From Nitrospirota bacterium (lineage in GTDB: Bacteria > Nitrospirota > UBA9217): DNA of 64,000 nucleotides. This document shows, in pieces, positions 22,077-31,902 of the stretch. The notes below the pieces were generated by a model that was given only the letters and a program-made list of their open reading frames with translations, made no database searches and was not told where the DNA came from. The stretch covers positions 288,001 through 352,000 of the forward strand of contig CAWJQQ010000001.1 of NCBI GenBank assembly GCA_963845065.1, given 5' to 3'. The position numbers were made by a program, and so were the translations under genes. Position 1 is the first letter of the stretch; every line of letters begins with the position of its first letter.

Positions 22077-22472
22077 TCATCCCTCTTGTGCCGGTGGACG
22101 TGGCATAGGTATGGCATTGAGCCATTCCTCCGCCTTGCCGCGACTACGGAACGGCCGTACGTCGCAGACATCTGCTACCATTATTTCCAGCATCCGTATC
22201 ATCCCGTAGGAAACATCATCACCGATTAAAATGGCCGTCGGGCCGAGAGCATGGTTACGCCCGAGGTTGCGCAGTCGATCGACGATCCGTCGGACGTCAG
22301 CAGTATTGAAGGCCACGGTGGCCCGTGTAGCATCAATGAGCTCTGTGAAGGGTAAGCCGTTGTCATTCCGCTCCATCTCCAAATGAGCCGTGATATCGGA
22401 GAAGGTCACGGAGCCCTCGGCCACCGTGAAAAGCATTCGGCGCGCACGATCGATCGTGTAGGTTATTGACAT
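22077..22472 (-). CDS. SpoIIAA/STAS-like hypothetical protein
   Basis: ITYTID, GSVT, ELIDAT, YGMIRM, FRSRGKAEEWL pattern. AGGAGG RBS. Confidence 0.65.
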   Translation of the reverse strand: MSITYTIDRARRMLFTVAEGSVTFSDITAHLEMERNDNGLPFTELIDATRATVAFNTADVRRIVDRLRNLGRNHALGPTAILIGDDVSYGMIRMLEIMVADVCDVRPFRSRGKAEEWLNAIPMPRPPAQEG

Positions 22473-22545
22473 CCGATCCTCCTTCTCTATACGAACTGAT
22501 TATCAGAAGTATGCTGCACTCTTTTGTGCGGTCACGGCGCTCGAC

Positions 22546-22636
22546 TTCCGGTCGGATTCGTGTCCACATATTACAACAAAAATCCTTCGCTTTATTCAGA
22601 AAATGACAAGCTCCATGTCCACCTACAAGTTTGCAC
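22546..22636 (+). repeat. Two-box intergenic element, copy H (72-bp spacing, degenerate box 1)
   Basis: TTCCGGTCG (C at 22548) and CACCTACAAGTTTGCA 22620. Confidence 0.55.
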
Positions 22637-23079
22637 CAGCGACCGATGAAGATGAGAGGTAGAATACCGCGGGCACATGCATCATAATAAATAAACCAGA
22701 TGGGCTTCTTTGCCCACCTGATAAAGTGAAAATTACCATAGTGCTCAAGCGTTCCGGGAAAGTAATCGGCAGTAAACCTGTTGGAACTTCAGCGAAAGCA
22801 ATTTGCACTTTATAGGGGCCCATAGGCTGACCCCAATTGTTCCGGAGAAGCTGTCTGAAATGCGTAACTTCGTTCATATTTCACCTCAGTGTAGAATGTG
22901 CATAACGAGAGGATCACCAGCCCACCTCGTAAATACTGGAAATCCGTCATTGAAGAGCATCCCTAAGTTAAGCCATCAGGCATGTCACCGGAACACGCAT
23001 TATATTCAAGTGTGGCGCACTAGAATTCGGATGCCTTGCCTCTTAGCATGTGAAGTCATTCCTTATTCGTATCACTAGA

Positions 23080-23370
23080 TTACTGCAGCTTATTAACTAT
23101 CTCTCCAAACTCTTTCCTCGTGAATACTCTAAGCCCTGCTCCTTTGACGTTCCCCGAGGAGTATATTTTCAGCCCAACAGCCGCAGCGGCTTCTTCAGAT
23201 GGAAACTCGCTGACCGCTATGTAGTCATACTCACCCGTTGTGTAGTAGATCGTCATCTTGCCCCCCGTTGCTTCTGCAGCTTTGACGGCTGCATCGAGTC
23301 GCTGTGGTGCGTTCTTGACGTCCTTGATTCCCTGATCAGTCATCTTTAAAAAAGTGATAAATGTAAGCAT
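23080..23370 (-). CDS. GYD domain protein
   Basis: TDQGIKDVK, YYTTGEYD, GNVK motifs. AGGAGG RBS. Confidence 0.85.
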   Translation of the reverse strand: MLTFITFLKMTDQGIKDVKNAPQRLDAAVKAAEATGGKMTIYYTTGEYDYIAVSEFPSEEAAAAVGLKIYSSGNVKGAGLRVFTRKEFGEIVNKLQ

Positions 23371-23633
23371 TAATCTTACCTCCTTTCCGATCGGTTACGT
23401 TCTAGGCGCCACCTTTGATATCACTACGGGATCACCAATGTTAAGTTATAATTTTCGAATTGTAATCTACACGAGGCAGTTAACTGTTCAATGTGCAGAT
23501 ATCAGGAATAAGAGCGCGTCGTATGCTTCAACAGCGTTTCACGCATCTTTTAAAATTATGGCTGTCTCGTTGGACGCCTACGAACCTGCCATTGCGTGAG
23601 GCAACAACAGTTGAGAATTACTGTGTGAAGCTT

Positions 23634-23720
23634 ACTGAATGCGGCGGCTAAGCGGCGGAGCGGTAAAGGGCGTTCGAATTGCCACGAGGTAGCCGCATCC
23701 GCTCCAGCCGCGAGTTAGAC
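23634..23720 (-). other. Integron attC-like site
   Basis: Minus strand GTCTAAC-TCGCGGCTGGAGCGGATGCGG...CCGCTCCGCCGCTTAGCCGC with degenerate R'. Lies just after the stop of the 23767-24134 gene. Confidence 0.7.
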
Positions 23721-23766
23721 CTCTTTTGTTTCAGATCCGATCTTACTCCATTACAAGGGCTTTGGC

Positions 23767-24134
23767 TCATCTAGGTATGAGGAAATAGCCAAAGCCCCAA
23801 GCAAAGATCAGATACAGGGTTACAGCCGACCAACCGAGAGCATTTGGAATTCCAGACAATTGGTACATCAGAGCTAAGATGAAACCAATGCTATCATCAA
23901 CGAAAGCGGCAAGTGCAAACGCTCGTTGGGTGGCTGGCTTGGTTGTATTTCTGGCAAACCCATCAGGAGACCGAGTGTGAAAAAGACTGATCCGAAGATA
24001 CGAGTCATAAATAATCCGACATGATCTGCTGTTGGCCCATAGAAAGCAAGCATCGCAACAGGCTGTATTGCGAACCCGAGACCGAACAAAAGACAGATTA
24101 TGGCCGCAGCAATCATCCAATTCCTGAGTTTCAT
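23767..24134 (-). pseudogene. Four-TM membrane protein cassette gene, frameshifted near 23960
   Basis: N-terminus (MKLRNWMIAAA) and C-terminus (FARNT...NALGWSAVTLYLIFAWGFGYF) are in different frames. Confidence 0.7.
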
Positions 24135-24223
24135 CTGAAACTCCTTTTTTCTTATGCATTCTCTATGGGTTCATCGTGAGAGCATATCCAAACCACAGGT
24201 GCTAATGATTCTATTGCCCAAAA

Positions 24224-24478
24224 TCATCTCCTTCTATAATAAAGTGCAGGGTGCAGTAATCGTTCCAGTTCCGAGTTAGAACCCTCCGCGTTAAAGTGAT
24301 GTTGTATTTCAGGGTTTATCCCCGGAGGATTGCTCGGCGTAATGCTAACAGCCCTTAATACCGTTGTCCTTCCGCTAACTTCCCAGACTTGCTCGACCCC
24401 TGAGTCGCGTGAAGGTGTGCCTCCGCCTTCTCCTCCACAGGAGTTTAGTATCAGCATTTGACTCACCAGTATATACAT
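24224..24478 (-). pseudogene. Remnant of a lipoprotein with the start of a bacterial Ig-like domain
   Basis: LNSCGGEGGG lipobox-like, then LRAVSITPSNP...QHHFNAEG resembling a Big_2 repeat start. Confidence 0.4.
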
Positions 24479-24688
24479 TTTAAGGCAGCGGTCGCGGCAT
24501 TGATTGCGTTTTTCTACACTTGATATTTTTGTGCAAAGTTCATCTGTGCGGAAGCGGACCAGACCATTATCAGCGCGCAGACGAGGAGCAGAGAGAGAAG
24601 TAAGAAAAGCCGGATACCTGATGCGGAAGAATGTTTTTTGTAAAGCAGGATGATCATTGCGATCACCTTATTATGATATTACTGATAA

Positions 24689-24800
24689 GAAAAAGGCCGA
24701 GATCACCAAAGGCATCCTCCTTCGGCAACTCGGCCGTCTTGGTCTTCTAAGACCCGTGGCTTTCCGTCCCCCTCTCGCGAAGGGTTTGGCTTTATCGAAA
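24689..24800 (-). ncRNA. c-di-GMP-I (GEMM-I) riboswitch with overlapping terminator
   Basis: Minus strand AAGCCAAACCCTTCGCGAGAGGGGGACGGAAAGCCACGGGTCT..AGACGGCCGAGTTGCCGA. Terminator GGCCGAG...CTCGGCC plus T-run. Confidence 0.88.
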
Positions 24801-24984
24801 CAATCTATAAATATCAGAGATTTAAAGAGTTGTCAATGTTTTTCGATGGTTTATTTTAAGGGTAAATGCTTTTGAATTCTACTTTGATTATACAAAAATG
24901 TGTATTTTTGTCGAGTAATACGATCGATACATCAAACCGAAGACAGCAGCAGACCTATTAATAGCACTGTTAAGGAGGTCTCCT

Positions 24985-25252
24985 ATGGGCATAAAATTTT
25001 CCGAAGATATTGTTCCGCTTAGCGACCTGAAGGTTAACCCTGGGAAGGTGGTTGCGCGTGCAAATGAGACGCACCGGCCTATTTTGCTCACGAGCAGGGG
25101 TCGTGGGGTAGCCGTTGTCCAATCTCTCAAGGACTATGAAGAAGAAACTGAAGAGCGCGTCTTTATGCAGGAAGGTGAAGGGGCTGATGGACCTGGAAGA
25201 AGGCCGCGTAATCTTCCTGAGCGAGGCAAAAAAAAGCCTCGGTCTAAAGTAG
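24985..25252 (+). pseudogene. Phd/YefM antitoxin, frameshifted near 25170
   Basis: FSEDIVPLSDLK, RPILLTSRGRGVAVV. The expected tail GLMDLEEGRV..SEAKKSLGLK* is in another frame. Confidence 0.8.
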
Positions 25253-25256
25253 TCCC

Positions 25257-25529
25257 GTGGCAGAAAAGATTCAGATTTCGCTTGCCGCTTCCGCGATGAA
25301 GGACCTTGAGGACATGCAGGCGTATTATTCCAACAAAGGCGCGCCAGATGTTGGGGAAAAGCTTACTGCCGAGACCGTTTCCAAGGTAGAGCGGCTCCAC
25401 GCGCATCCGCTGAGCGGCCGTGTCGTGCCTGAGTTTCATGTCGAATATCTGCGAGAGATCATTTACTCGCCTTTCCGTATAGTCTATCGGTACGATAAAA
25501 ACAAAGTGCGCATTGTCAGAATTTGGTGA
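25257..25529 (+). CDS. RelE/ParE-family toxin, possibly slightly truncated
   Basis: AMKDLEDM, HPLSGRVVPE, REIIYSPFRIVYR. Ends VRIW*, where homologues usually continue. Confidence 0.8.
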   Translation: MAEKIQISLAASAMKDLEDMQAYYSNKGAPDVGEKLTAETVSKVERLHAHPLSGRVVPEFHVEYLREIIYSPFRIVYRYDKNKVRIVRIW

Positions 25530-25611
25530 AGTGAAATCGTGAGTCTTGACAAATTCACAAATTAAAGCTAATCTATTAATGGCATAATTTATTGGGCTAA
25601 CACAAATTAAT

Positions 25612-25983
25612 ATGGAAACAAAAAAAATTCTTATAGCTGACGACAACCAAAACATTCGGGATGCCCTCGCTTATATCCTTAAAGAAGAAGGTTATAGACT
25701 ATGGATGGCTAAGGACGGTGCCGAAGCTTTGCGAAAAGTGAAAAACGGCCGCCCTGATATTGTCTTTCTCGATATCATGATGCCTAAATTGAATGGCTAT
25801 GATGTGTGCCGCATCATAAAAAACGACCCAGAGCTCAAAAAAACACATGTCATCATGCTGACCGCCCAAGACCAGGTGGCAGAACAGGAACGCGGCAAGG
25901 AAGTAGGCGCGGACGAATATATCGTCAAGCCGTTTAGCCCCCAGGAAATCCTTGCCATAATTAAAAGAATTCAGGCTGCGTAA
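25612..25983 (+). CDS. Single-domain response regulator
   Basis: ILIADD, FLDIMMPKLNG, IMLTA, YIVKPF. Confidence 0.9.
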   Translation: METKKILIADDNQNIRDALAYILKEEGYRLWMAKDGAEALRKVKNGRPDIVFLDIMMPKLNGYDVCRIIKNDPELKKTHVIMLTAQDQVAEQERGKEVGADEYIVKPFSPQEILAIIKRIQAA

Positions 25984-26081
25984 TCGCAGCAGTCAATCTC
26001 CCTAGAAGACGAATAGTTTAACACCGATTGAATTCCAGATAAACGAATACTAAGGGAAACCCATTTCGAACATTATGGCAC

Positions 26082-26255
26082 GATGTACTATGCAACTTCC
26101 AAAAGATGCAACCGGCGCGGAATACAGGAAGCCGCCCGCATCGAAAGATTCGACTATTATTTTACGCCTCGTTAAAAATTATGTCTATCTCGTCACCACC
26201 TACAATCTCGCACCGGCGCTCGAGAAAAACGGTTGCGGAATACCGCTTGGAATTT
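26082..26255 (+). repeat. Two-box intergenic element, copy E (72-bp spacing)
   Basis: CAGGAAG 26125, CACCTACAATCTCGCA 26197. AAAAACGGTTGC is shared with copy F. Confidence 0.75.
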
Positions 26256-26370
26256 GCGACTTTTATTCCGACGGGTGACTTGTACAGTAGGGACTGATAC
26301 CGAAACTAAATGAAACTGCGGCAATGGTAAAGAAATCGATGACTGCTAAAATCTAAAATCGACGAAAATT

Positions 26371-27348
26371 TCATTTTTTCGTTACAGGATCGGCCTTTTC
26401 ACCTGACAGAGAGTCTTTAAATGGGTAACCCCAGTGCTTTCTCTGAACTGCTAGAGAAAGACCGACAAAAATGAGCATTCCTCCGAATATGTGAAAAAGC
26501 CTTACCTCCTCATCTAAAAAGGTGACAGATAGATAAGCCGAAAAGACCGGCAGCAAATACAGAAACATCGCTGACGTGCTAGGCCCCACTTTAGCAACAC
26601 CATTATTCCAAAAAAAGTATGCAAGTATTGAAGGAAAGATGCCGGTAAATAAGAAAATGGAGATTGCATGACGACCAAGACCGAGATTCCTCGTAACAAT
26701 GATTTCCCAACAATAAAAAGGCAAAATAAAAAGCACTCCCAATCCAATCGTTATTGTCAGCAAGCTTACAGGATGTATTTTTATATCGAACTTGCGAAGA
26801 AACACAGAATAAAGAGACCAACTCGTCATCGATCCGATTACCATGAGATCGCCGTAGCTGAATTCCAGGCGGTAAATATTCACAAAAGATCCCTTGAAGA
26901 TAATGATGACCATCCCCAGAGCCGATATGAAAATGCCGGCGATCTGCAATCTGCTTGGCATGTCATTGATGACAAGCCAAGCCATTACGATGGTTATTGC
27001 CGGCAATGTTGCGGTTGCAATCGACATATTGGTAGCGGTAGTAAAATGAGCTGCTTCGTACAAAACTGAATTATAAACAGTCACGCTAAAAAAAGATAAC
27101 ATTGACAGACGAAGCTTATTATTACAGATTTCATGCATTTCTCTTTTAATATGCTTGAGGCCAAAAGGAAGAATTAAAATCAGGGCAACAAACCACCGAC
27201 AGAATGACAACGCCATCGGGTGGATTTCCTTTACCACTCCGCGGGCTAGGACAGTGTTGGCGGCCCAGAATAAAACGGCAAAAGTCAGCCCAATATAAGC
27301 ATACAACTTGTCCTTCAGTAGTAAATTACGAATTGTTTTTTCAGCCAT
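26371..27348 (-). CDS. DMT/EamA-family transporter
   Basis: About ten TMs. FWAANTV, GDLMV, PSILAYFFWNNGVAKVGP. Confidence 0.9.
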   Translation of the reverse strand: MAEKTIRNLLLKDKLYAYIGLTFAVLFWAANTVLARGVVKEIHPMALSFCRWFVALILILPFGLKHIKREMHEICNNKLRLSMLSFFSVTVYNSVLYEAAHFTTATNMSIATATLPAITIVMAWLVINDMPSRLQIAGIFISALGMVIIIFKGSFVNIYRLEFSYGDLMVIGSMTSWSLYSVFLRKFDIKIHPVSLLTITIGLGVLFILPFYCWEIIVTRNLGLGRHAISIFLFTGIFPSILAYFFWNNGVAKVGPSTSAMFLYLLPVFSAYLSVTFLDEEVRLFHIFGGMLIFVGLSLAVQRKHWGYPFKDSLSGEKADPVTKK

Positions 27349-27434
27349 ATATATATTTATCCGTTCATTTTTGGATCTCCGTTTGGCTACAACGGAGGCC
27401 AGAAGCGATGATGATCTTGAAAATTAGTCGTAAT

Positions 27435-27576
27435 AATTCGGGATGTAGTATTCTGCACATATGTTTAATCTTAGGTATGTGCATTTTTCAGGAAGGAGTG
27501 TGTGTCGTATACTTCAAATTCGATTTTACACCCTTTTAAAAATTATGTCCATATCGACGACACCTACAAGTCTGCA
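27435..27576 (+). repeat. Two-box intergenic element, copy G (72-bp spacing)
   Basis: CAGGAAG 27489, CACCTACAAGTCTGCA 27561. TTAAAAATTATGTC spacer is shared with copy E. Confidence 0.75.
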
Positions 27577-27966
27577 ACGACACTATTGTGACAAGCTTAA
27601 AGAATTCCGTTTGCGTCATGCATGGACGCGAAAACCAGCGATGCAATTTTCGTCAATACCCGATGCGCCCTTCTGTGCTCTTCGACGAAGCGACGCTATC
27701 CCGTAACGGTATGCTGGGCAAGGCAACTGTCCGGATTCTTACGAAGGATTAAAACGATCCTGCTGCCGGAAGAATATTATCAAGCTTACACTCGATAATG
27801 CCGGGATTTATCCGGGGCTCATTGGGAAACTCTTCCTGTTGATGTGAAGTTTCTGTTCTCTTCTCATAAGCAGATTGCAGACGACGGACGATCCCATAAT
27901 GAAAGGCAAAAATTACAGGAGACAAGAATAGCCTTGACTTGCAGCGGATGTTCGAGTAATATCCTA

Positions 27967-27980
27967 GTTGTATATACAAC
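27967..27980. promoter_or_regulatory. Palindromic MarR operator 1 (GTTGTATATACAAC)
   Basis: Perfect 14-bp palindrome before marR, repeated identically before the next gene. Confidence 0.8.
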
Positions 27981-27994
27981 ATTAAGGCCTGAAT

Positions 27995-28450
27995 ATGAAC
28001 GAACGGGAAACGACAATACTTGCAAAATCAGTTGCCGCAGAATGCATTGCTTATCGGGTGCGGCTTCTGAACCGCGTTGTAACCAACATCTACGATAGAG
28101 CCTTGAAGCCCCTCGGTCTCAAGGTTAACCAAGCGAACATTCTTACTATGCTTTCGCTCGCCGATCACGCATCTTCCGCAGATATCGCCAGGGTGCTGTT
28201 GATGGAGAAGTCGACGGTAAGCCGAACTGTGGACCGGATGAGGAAAAATGGCTGGATTAGCGTCGCTGGACATGGCGATGGGCCGTCTCAGATGATATTA
28301 GTCACTCCTCAAGGCAAGAAACTCTTGGCGACTGCACATACGCAATGGAAAAAGGCGCAAAAACAAGTTGAGGAACTTCTGGGCGAGGAGGGAGTTGCAG
28401 CTGTCCGGAGACTCCATGACACGGTGAGACCGGGAAAAAAGAAAGAATAA
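27995..28450 (+). CDS. MarR-family regulator
   Basis: YDRALKPLGLKVNQ..IL and MEKSTVSRTVDRM..GW winged-helix pattern. Confidence 0.9.
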   Translation: MNERETTILAKSVAAECIAYRVRLLNRVVTNIYDRALKPLGLKVNQANILTMLSLADHASSADIARVLLMEKSTVSRTVDRMRKNGWISVAGHGDGPSQMILVTPQGKKLLATAHTQWKKAQKQVEELLGEEGVAAVRRLHDTVRPGKKKE

Positions 28451-28467
28451 TTTTTTTTGACGGTAGA

Positions 28468-28481
28468 GTTGTATATACAAC
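28468..28481. promoter_or_regulatory. Palindromic MarR operator 2 (GTTGTATATACAAC)
   Basis: Identical palindrome just upstream of the RBS of 28495. Confidence 0.8.
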
Positions 28482-28494
28482 AAAGGAGGCTTGC

Positions 28495-29835
28495 ATGAAA
28501 GACCTAAATGACCACCCCACAGTAAAACGTTATCACGAAAGAAAGGCATCAACGGCACTTCACACAACCGCTTCGAAACTGAGCGCCCGGCAGTTGCGCG
28601 AAATGTGCATAGAATTCGGCGTTGATGATGTGGGTTTTGTTGAGATCGCACGTCCGTCACTCGCTGATCAGAAGACGGACATTCTGAATGTATTCCCCTG
28701 GACTAAGACGCTCATCAGTTTTGTCGGACGGATCAACAGGGAAAACCTGAGAAGCCCAGCACGCTCCATCGCAAGCCTCGAACTGCATCAAGTGGAAGAG
28801 CGGCTGTCCCACGCTGCCCATGTATTCGCAGCGTCTCTCGAGCGTAAAGGCGTTCGTGCCGCTACTCCGGCAGCCGGGTTCCCTATGGAAGCGGACCGTT
28901 GGCGAGGCAAGATGCACGTGGTATCGCACAAGCCCATAGCCGTTGCCGCCGGACTCGGTAAGATGGGCCTCCACCGCAATGTTATTCACCCGGTGTTCGG
29001 GAGTTTTGTACTGCTCAATACAGTGCTTATCGACGCCGAGATGGACGAATATAACAGTCCTCTGGACTATAATCCTTGTCTTGACTGCAAACTCTGTTCG
29101 ATTGCATGTCCCACAGGCGCCATAGGCCCGGATGGGGTATACAATCCCATAAACTGCCTCACCCATACCTATCGAGAACTGGTGGGTGGATTTACGAACT
29201 GGGTTGAAAACATCGCGGATAGTAAGAGCTCAATCGATTACCGGACCAGAATAAGCGATGCCGAGACGGTATCGATGTGGCAGAGCCTAGCGTATGGGCC
29301 GTGCTACAAATCGGTTTATTGTTTGGCCGTCTGCCCGGCGGGAGACGAAGTAATCCCGCAGTATCTGGATGATAAAAAGGGATTCATCGAGGACGTGGTT
29401 AAACCGCTCCAGCAAAAAATAGAGACGGTTTATGTCCTGCCCGGCTCAGACGCCGAGAGTCATGTTCTGCATATGTTCCCGCATAAAAAGGTTAAGCGCG
29501 TGGGCAACGGCCTCAGGCCGCCGTCCGTGGCAGCCTTCTTGACTTCCATGCCCATCGCTTTCCAGCGCCACAAGTCTGAAGGGCTGAGTGCAACTTATCA
29601 TTTTACGTTCACCGGCAGTGAACAGGTTGAAGCAACGGTCGTTATTAAAGACAAATCGATCAGAATAGAACGAGGACATACAGGCATCCCGGACGTACAG
29701 GTGCATGCAGATGCAAAAACTTGGCTGCGCGTGCTGCACAAAGAAAGTTCGATGTTCAAGGAGATCGTTTTGAGAAGGATTCGCGTTAAAGGTCCGATGA
29801 GCCTGTTCAAAGCATTCGGAAAATGTTTTGCATAA
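28495..29835 (+). CDS. QueG/reductive dehalogenase-like 4Fe-4S protein with C-terminal SCP2 domain
   Basis: GVDDVGF, SHKPIAVAAGLGKMG, CLDCKLCSIACP, CLAVCP. SCP2-like ATYHFTFTG...RIRVKG. Confidence 0.8.
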   Translation: MKDLNDHPTVKRYHERKASTALHTTASKLSARQLREMCIEFGVDDVGFVEIARPSLADQKTDILNVFPWTKTLISFVGRINRENLRSPARSIASLELHQVEERLSHAAHVFAASLERKGVRAATPAAGFPMEADRWRGKMHVVSHKPIAVAAGLGKMGLHRNVIHPVFGSFVLLNTVLIDAEMDEYNSPLDYNPCLDCKLCSIACPTGAIGPDGVYNPINCLTHTYRELVGGFTNWVENIADSKSSIDYRTRISDAETVSMWQSLAYGPCYKSVYCLAVCPAGDEVIPQYLDDKKGFIEDVVKPLQQKIETVYVLPGSDAESHVLHMFPHKKVKRVGNGLRPPSVAAFLTSMPIAFQRHKSEGLSATYHFTFTGSEQVEATVVIKDKSIRIERGHTGIPDVQVHADAKTWLRVLHKESSMFKEIVLRRIRVKGPMSLFKAFGKCFA

Positions 29836-29860
29836 ACACAAAAATATCGAAGGGTATTTT

Positions 29861-30487
29861 ATGATCGACGGCTATGGACAAATCTATGAAAGCCTTATAC
29901 CAAAATTGAGCACATGCAATTTTTCAGAGGTTGCCGAACGGCTTGGGATGTCACTCCAGCCAGATGGTACCCTGTCCGTTGATTTTCTTGGGCGAGAATA
30001 CGAGATCAGTGCCCGCGGAGTCAATTCGAAGGACGGCAAGCCCGTTCATTTCAACAATCGCAGTGTGCTGGCTTACTATGCCCTGTCCCGAGGCGCTGGT
30101 GAACCTGCATTTTCATATGTGCCGATTTCTCATCTTGCCGGCAAAATAGTAGTTAGCGCAAATATAAAATGGATGACCGACCCGCTCGGCAAAAAATTTA
30201 GTGATAATTTCGCGAAGTTCTGCGAAACTCAGCGTGGATTGGGTGCCGTTTTTTACGGCAAGCTGAAATTGGGAGGCTATTCATGGATTCTGAAGGCACT
30301 GCCGAAAATCTTCCTCCAAATTGTTTATTATGATCGAGATGATGAATTCCCCTGCGAAGTTCAAATTCTGTTTGATGCGAATGCTTCACGCTTCATGGAG
30401 TTTGAATGTCTGGCTTTTTTAGAGGGATGCCTCGTAAAAGCGATGATTATGACTGCCCAAACGGGAGATACGGCTGGATGGGCGTAA
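29861..30487 (+). CDS. DUF3786 domain protein
   Basis: FLGREYEI, ALPKI, DDEFPCEVQILFD. Confidence 0.8.
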   Translation: MIDGYGQIYESLIPKLSTCNFSEVAERLGMSLQPDGTLSVDFLGREYEISARGVNSKDGKPVHFNNRSVLAYYALSRGAGEPAFSYVPISHLAGKIVVSANIKWMTDPLGKKFSDNFAKFCETQRGLGAVFYGKLKLGGYSWILKALPKIFLQIVYYDRDDEFPCEVQILFDANASRFMEFECLAFLEGCLVKAMIMTAQTGDTAGWA

Positions 30488-30863
30488 CAAAACATGCGGA
30501 GACAACTTTGCTCAAGCACATCACGTAGGGAGGTTGCCATGGCTGAAGAAAGGAGTGGATGCAAAAACACTTTACAATTATAATCTGATTATATTATATC
30601 ATGATGGTGATGTCGGCACGATGTCCAGGAAGCTGCTTGCGTGTATGTTATTTCCCGAACGTGCGCCCGGCGCAGCCGTTTAGCACAAATACACCACCCT
30701 CAGATTAGCTAAACATTTAGGGTATCCGGATTTTGCGGTTGACACTGTAAAAATCGATCGTAATCGATTTTTAAGTAGCTGGTTTACAGTTGTGTCCCCA
30801 AAAAGAGAGCATTGACAATTGACGTACAATTTAGTAAATTATGTACGTCAGGAGGTGAATACG

Positions 30864-31109
30864 ATGGCAACGAAACTGACTCTACGGCTTGACGAGAATG
30901 TAATTCGCAACGCGAAACGCGCCGCCCGTATTCGTGGTGTCAGCCTGTCCCAAATGGTAACCGGCTACTTCCAGGCAATATCCGAGGAAAAAACGAAAAT
31001 GGAAACAACACCCGTGCTCGTGGAAATTTCGGGTGTGATCGGCCCAAAGGCCGATGCGAAAAAACTTATGATAGGCTACCGGAAACACATCAAAGAGAAG
31101 TACCGATGA
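30864..31109 (+). CDS. RHH-type antitoxin (DUF6364-like)
   Basis: TKLTLRLDENVIRNAK...GVSLSQMV..YF...KEKY. Upstream palindrome TGACGTACA-N-TGTACGTCA. Confidence 0.8.
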   Translation: MATKLTLRLDENVIRNAKRAARIRGVSLSQMVTGYFQAISEEKTKMETTPVLVEISGVIGPKADAKKLMIGYRKHIKEKYR

Positions 31110-31524
31110 AAAGCATCCTTTGCGATATTAATTTTATCTTAGATATTTTTCTTAAAAGGGTGCATTCTATTCTCCTGCTGCACAGGTATTCTCCATGATA
31201 GAAGCCAAACAGCTGAATGGGTATCTGTGCGCGAACAGTTTTCCTATCCTCTTTTATATCCTTGCGAAAGAGCTAAAGCGAGACAAAGCAATGAAGATAT
31301 TGGAAAAGGTCCGGATTGTTTTCCGAGTAGCTGCCATAGATGAAAAAGTAATTGATTTGTCGCTTGTGTCCGATTTCAGGGATTTCGAGGACGCAGTCCA
31401 ATATTATTCCGCGGTCAGAATGAAGGCAGATTGCCTCATCACAAGAAATAAGATAGATTATATAGTCAGTGACCTTTCTATCATGACCCCGGAAGAATTT
31501 CTTGCAGCATCCTCTGTGGAATAA
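31106..31524 (+). pseudogene. PIN-domain toxin, frameshifted near 31160
   Basis: MKSILCDINFILDIFLKR, then a frame change to ...DFEDAVQYYSA...LITRN...TPEEF. Confidence 0.8.
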
Positions 31525-31767
31525 ATCAACTTAATAAACCGGATTTTAAATCGTTGGTACAATTTCAGAAAGATGCAAAATCAACCGGTAAATTTGGAGA
31601 CCCAACTTTTAAAGAGTAATTTTAGTAAGAAAGAATTAAAGCGTAATTCATATAGATGCCTCGGTTTCCTAGTATTCGATATACCCGGCTTTCCAGGAAT
31701 CAAACGGGGCAAGCTTGCAAAACACAAGATGTATTTAGCACATCCATTCAGTGTAGAGCAAAAACAG

Positions 31768-31871
31768 AATTCAGAGGATGAAGTAGCTGAAAGAAAGCTT
31801 TATTACAATGCAATGATACAAAAAGAATTCTGCACCTTCGCTAATATTATACGAAACTCGACTTCTCCTAA
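31768..31871 (+). repeat. Two-box intergenic element, copy K (degenerate, 91-bp spacing)
   Basis: GAGGATG 31774, CTCCTAA 31865. Spacer ATGCAATGATACAAAA.GAATTCTGCAC.TTCGCTAATA is shared with I and J. Confidence 0.65.
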
Positions 31872-31902
31872 CTACTGTGTAATGCCATTATTATGACGAT
31901 GG

